36,835 nucleotides of DNA from Bacillota bacterium (GTDB lineage Bacteria; Bacillota; Clostridia; Christensenellales; Aristaeellaceae). The notes under the pieces are model-generated. The model was not told the origin of the DNA, made no database searches, and worked only from the letters and a program-made list of their open reading frames with translations. The stretch covers positions 1 through 36,835 of the forward strand of contig JAEWAH010000052.1 in assembly GCA_023391725.1 (NCBI GenBank), read 5' to 3'. Both the position numbers and the translations under genes were made by a program. The stretch's first letter is position 1. Each line of letters begins with the position of its first letter. Positions 33,932 through 36,835 of the stretch are shown in pieces.

Positions 33932-34624
33932 CTACTTCCCCACTTCCGCCATAGGCAAAGCGAACACCGCCCAATCCCCCAATGCGTATGGAACGGAGAG
34001 GACGATCATCAATTCATCCCCCTCGCCTAGGAAGAAGAAGGACTGGCTAAGGCTTGGGTCCTGGCCGTATTGATAGCCTTCGTTGACAAGCATGCTTTCG
34101 ATGGCGTCCGCGCCAAGACCCGCCACATAGTCAGCCTGGGCGGTAAACACGGCTTCCTCCGCGGCATCCAGAGCGGGTTGCAGGTTTTCCCGCAGGGAGA
34201 GAAACTGAGCAATCTTCTGAATATCCGCAAGATCGTTTAAGGTCAATCTCGTGGCCTGCTTCACATCATACACCGCGGTATAGTACATTCGCTGGGGATG
34301 CGCCGCGCCGGGGGCGACTGCCAGCAGATCATAGGCCAAGGATAGGATATCCCCTTCCTGCCAGATGGCCACCAGCCCGCCCTCCGCGGTTTTGCCCTCT
34401 TCCCAGGACGAGAAGGGAGCCAGGGCATCCGTCTCGATCATACCGTTGATGGTCTCGCTTTGTGCATCATCCCCAAGGTCCACCACGGGATAGGTGAAAT
34501 CAACCCCTGTGATATACGCATCGGCCATATCAAAATCAAGGCCCGGCGCCTCCTGGCTGGCAGTCGCCGCTCCCAGGGGTAACGCCAGGCAGCAAGCAAT
34601 AAAACACGCGATAAGTTTCTTCAT
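33932..34624 (-). CDS. hypothetical secreted protein or lipoprotein
   Basis: Signal peptide MKKLIACFIACCLALPLGAATA with a possible lipobox-like Cys. I recognise no confident family. Confidence 0.55.
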   Translation of the reverse strand: MKKLIACFIACCLALPLGAATASQEAPGLDFDMADAYITGVDFTYPVVDLGDDAQSETINGMIETDALAPFSSWEEGKTAEGGLVAIWQEGDILSLAYDLLAVAPGAAHPQRMYYTAVYDVKQATRLTLNDLADIQKIAQFLSLRENLQPALDAAEEAVFTAQADYVAGLGADAIESMLVNEGYQYGQDPSLSQSFFFLGEGDELMIVLSVPYALGDWAVFALPMAEVGK

Positions 34625-34657
34625 ACTTCTATTCCTTCAATTCCTCTTCGGCCGTTT

Positions 34658-35932
34658 TCAGCGTGCCAGGAGCTGTTCCTCGTCCAGCCAGCGCCGGACT
34701 TCTTCTTCAATAATATCCGCAGCGATCTGCGTGCCGTTTTCCTCCCGAAGGCGCATGCCCAATTCCCGGGCCGCCACGCAGTAAGACTTGGTGTGCGTAA
34801 GGTCGGTAAGCGCCTTTGTTAGCTTTTCAACGGTGAGGTTATCCCTTCGGATGGGCTTGGGGCCCAGACCCAGCGCCCGCACCCGCATGCCCCAGAAGGG
34901 TTGGTCGCCTCCAAAGGGAATGATCAGCGTGGGCCGGCCGGCCTTCAGACCAGCCGCCGTAGTCCCGGCACCGCCGTGGTGCACCACCGCCGCCACATGA
35001 TCAAACAGCCAGTCATGAGGCAGGTATTCCGCCACATACACCTTTTTGGAGGTACAGTTCACTTCTGCTCCGCCCCAGCCCTTGCTTAAAACAGCCCGGA
35101 TACCGGATTGCTTCACCGCTTCCAGCACGATGGACAAAGTTTTGCCCATATCCCCGGAAACCATGGAACCAAAGCCGATGTACACGGGCTTTTCGCCATG
35201 GCTCAAAAAGGCCTCCAAATCGGGTGGCGGCGTGAACTCCGTCTTTTTATTTTCCATCCAGAACCCGGTCATATGGATGTGCTCGTTCCAGGAAAGGGGC
35301 CGGGACATGAGTAGCGGGCTCACGGCATACAGCACGGGGATCTGATGGCCGTTGACCATATAGTCGGGCTTGGGGCGGATCTTGCGTACGCGCATGCCCT
35401 GCTCTTTGCGCCAGCCGGTTAAGTACTTGCGCTCCAGGGAGTTGATGAGCAGATACCCCACCTTGTAGGTCATTTTATTCCATGCCTTGCCCGCCTTCAG
35501 CCCCGGCGCGGAAGAAATGGGCACCGCGTCGTTGTAGTCCATAGGATAATACTGGGTCTGGATGCAGGGCACGTGATTCTTTTCGGCTATGGAAAACACA
35601 GAGGAGCCAAAAAAGGTGCAGATGATGGCCTCTGCATCGTTGCAGGCCGTCTGCAAATTCTGAAGAAGGGGCCCCGCCACGTCCCGGATTGCGTTTTGTA
35701 CCTGCTGAAGGTAGGTGATGCCCGTGGTGCCGGGCTTCATGATGCTGGCCATGAACTTCACCACATCCCCCGCCAGGGGATAAAAGCCCAGACCCGCATC
35801 TGTGACCATCTTTTCAAAAGGCGAAAAAGAGGCGATGGTGATCTGATGCCCACGCCTTTTTAGTTCCTGACCCAAAATTACATAAGGGCGCACATCGCCC
35901 GTTGAACCAATGCTGATCATGGTAAAACGCAT
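34658..35932 (-). CDS. GT1-family UDP-glycosyltransferase (MGT/UGT, sterol or macrolide glucosyltransferase-like)
   Basis: N-terminus ISIGSTGDVRPYVILGQEL (Glyco_transf_28-like) and the C-terminal nucleotide-sugar motif HHGGAGTTAAGLKAGRPTLIIPFGGDQPFW. GAGAGGAGG RBS. Confidence 0.85.
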   Translation of the reverse strand: MRFTMISIGSTGDVRPYVILGQELKRRGHQITIASFSPFEKMVTDAGLGFYPLAGDVVKFMASIMKPGTTGITYLQQVQNAIRDVAGPLLQNLQTACNDAEAIICTFFGSSVFSIAEKNHVPCIQTQYYPMDYNDAVPISSAPGLKAGKAWNKMTYKVGYLLINSLERKYLTGWRKEQGMRVRKIRPKPDYMVNGHQIPVLYAVSPLLMSRPLSWNEHIHMTGFWMENKKTEFTPPPDLEAFLSHGEKPVYIGFGSMVSGDMGKTLSIVLEAVKQSGIRAVLSKGWGGAEVNCTSKKVYVAEYLPHDWLFDHVAAVVHHGGAGTTAAGLKAGRPTLIIPFGGDQPFWGMRVRALGLGPKPIRRDNLTVEKLTKALTDLTHTKSYCVAARELGMRLREENGTQIAADIIEEEVRRWLDEEQLLAR

Positions 35933-35998
35933 GATGTACCTCCTCTCGGCTTAGCTTCACTTCACTGATTTCATTTTCCCGGGCTGAAAATCTTTTCC

Positions 35999-36027
35999 CA
36001 GTATACTTCATGCCGCGAAGGATTGCA
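35999..36027 (-). promoter_or_regulatory. sigma-A type promoter of the glycosyltransferase gene
   Basis: The minus strand reads TTGCAA (36027-36022), a 17-nt spacer, then TATACT (36004-35999). Confidence 0.55.
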
Positions 36028-36227
36028 ACCATCCGCCATCTTACTCAGTCTGCCCATTTCATACGGTCTGAAAACCTCCTATTTGAATTGCTGTCATCAT
36101 GCGGGGTCGGCGCATATATAGAAAATAGGGGCTGTTCTCGGCCGGGCGGCTCTGCCGCCGGGGATAGCTCCAGTCTCATCGGTGCCTGATCTTTGCACTA
36201 TCGCAAATGAAAAAGGAGAGAACCTTC

Positions 36228-36791
36228 ATGTATTGGAACGGAAATCCCTGCGGATGTCAGCGCAAGCAAGAGGAAGAAAAAAAAGAATGCCACCGGGATA
36301 ACGGCTGGTATGCCATGATGGATAGACCGGAGGAAGAGAAAAAGGAATGCTGCCGGAAGCCTTGCTGCTGCCCCAAGAAGGAAGAACACGAAAAGGAATG
36401 CGACCGGAAGCCTCACTGCTGCCCCAAGAAGGAAGAACACGAAAAGGAATGCGAGCATGAACACAAGTGTCCTCCCAAGGAGCAGACCCATAATCACGAG
36501 GTGCAGGGCAGCGTAATGCTTCCCGCGCCGCCGGAAGAGCCGCATAACCACCGCTTTGCCACCGTGTCCGGGGAAGCCATCTTTGTCGGCAACAACGACC
36601 ATGTCCACGAAGTCTGCTTCGACACCGACTTTTATGAGAACCACTACCACGAATTCGAGGGTCGGACCAGCGGTGCCGTCTGGGTAGGCGACAGGCACGT
36701 CCACTATTTGAAATCCGTGACCGAGGTTAGTGACGGACACGTGCATGAATTCCGGGTGGCCACGCTGATCGACAATCCTATTGGAGAATAA
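36228..36791 (+). CDS. ymaF: YmaF family protein with a Cys/Lys/Glu-rich repetitive N-terminal region
   Basis: ATG 36228 (MYWNGNP...) has AAGGAGAG 7 nt upstream. The C-terminal half HNHEVQGS...PHNHRFATVSGEAI...HVHEVCFDTDFYENHYHEF...DRHVHYL...DGHVHEFRVATLIDNPI matches the YmaF repeated HxH pattern as I recall it. Confidence 0.8.
   Translation: MYWNGNPCGCQRKQEEEKKECHRDNGWYAMMDRPEEEKKECCRKPCCCPKKEEHEKECDRKPHCCPKKEEHEKECEHEHKCPPKEQTHNHEVQGSVMLPAPPEEPHNHRFATVSGEAIFVGNNDHVHEVCFDTDFYENHYHEFEGRTSGAVWVGDRHVHYLKSVTEVSDGHVHEFRVATLIDNPIGE
36345..36446 (+). repeat. in-frame 51-nt tandem repeat (2 full units plus diverged flanking units) inside the ymaF-family gene
   Basis: Units 36345-36395 and 36396-36446 encode ECCRKPCCCPKKEEHEK and ECDRKPHCCPKKEEHEK. 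A diverged third unit ECEHEHKCPPKEQ follows. Confidence 0.85.
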
Positions 36792-36835
36792 CAGTGCCCC
36801 TTCCGGAGCTATATCCTCTCCGGGAGCGCCCCCCC

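Noticed and set aside
36198-36746. 182-aa minus-strand ORF
   Set aside because: It is antisense to the ymaF-family gene. Its repetitive FLLGAA/FLFVFF strings are the mirror of the Lys/Glu-rich repeat.
1-36835. tRNA, rRNA, transposase, integrase, toxin-antitoxin or defence-system genes
   Set aside because: I found no T-arm-like GGTTCGAAT-type motifs and no ORF with recognisable motifs of these classes. Absence is by eye only and should be confirmed with tRNAscan-SE, Infernal and HMM searches.

Overview
This is a high-GC chromosomal window of Firmicutes/Clostridia type. The sporulation genes dpaA/dpaB, a bofA-like gene and a ymaF-family gene point to a spore-forming Clostridia lineage, which is an inference. 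Almost everything is housekeeping and lies on the minus strand. In genomic order the window holds: a type III glutamine synthetase 3' end; a secreted SH3b/PG_binding_1 wall-binding protein; the glycolytic cluster cggR-pgk-tpiA-gpmI, which has no gapA; bofA; the nifZ-thiI pair; a long tightly coupled operon (asp23-amaP-DUF2273-nusB-tsaD-like-folD-xseA-xseB-ispA-PAP2); aspS and hisS; a frameshifted peptidase S51-GNAT fusion; ftsK; dpaAB; a NUDIX gene; a GT1 glycosyltransferase; and a ymaF-family gene. I see no tRNA or rRNA genes, transposase, cas genes, CRISPR array or recognisable defence genes. The unusual content is non-coding. Spacers between co-oriented genes are very long (about 115-500 nt). 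They are filled with a mosaic of at least four families of GC-rich hairpin-forming repeats, here called A-D. The repeats occur in both orientations, as inverted doublets, and in one case nested inside each other's loops, and paired positions change together in a way that preserves the stems. They behave like REP/BIME/REPIN or MITE-type elements, but no cognate transposase lies in the window. All coordinates and motifs were read by eye, with no database search or folding computation.
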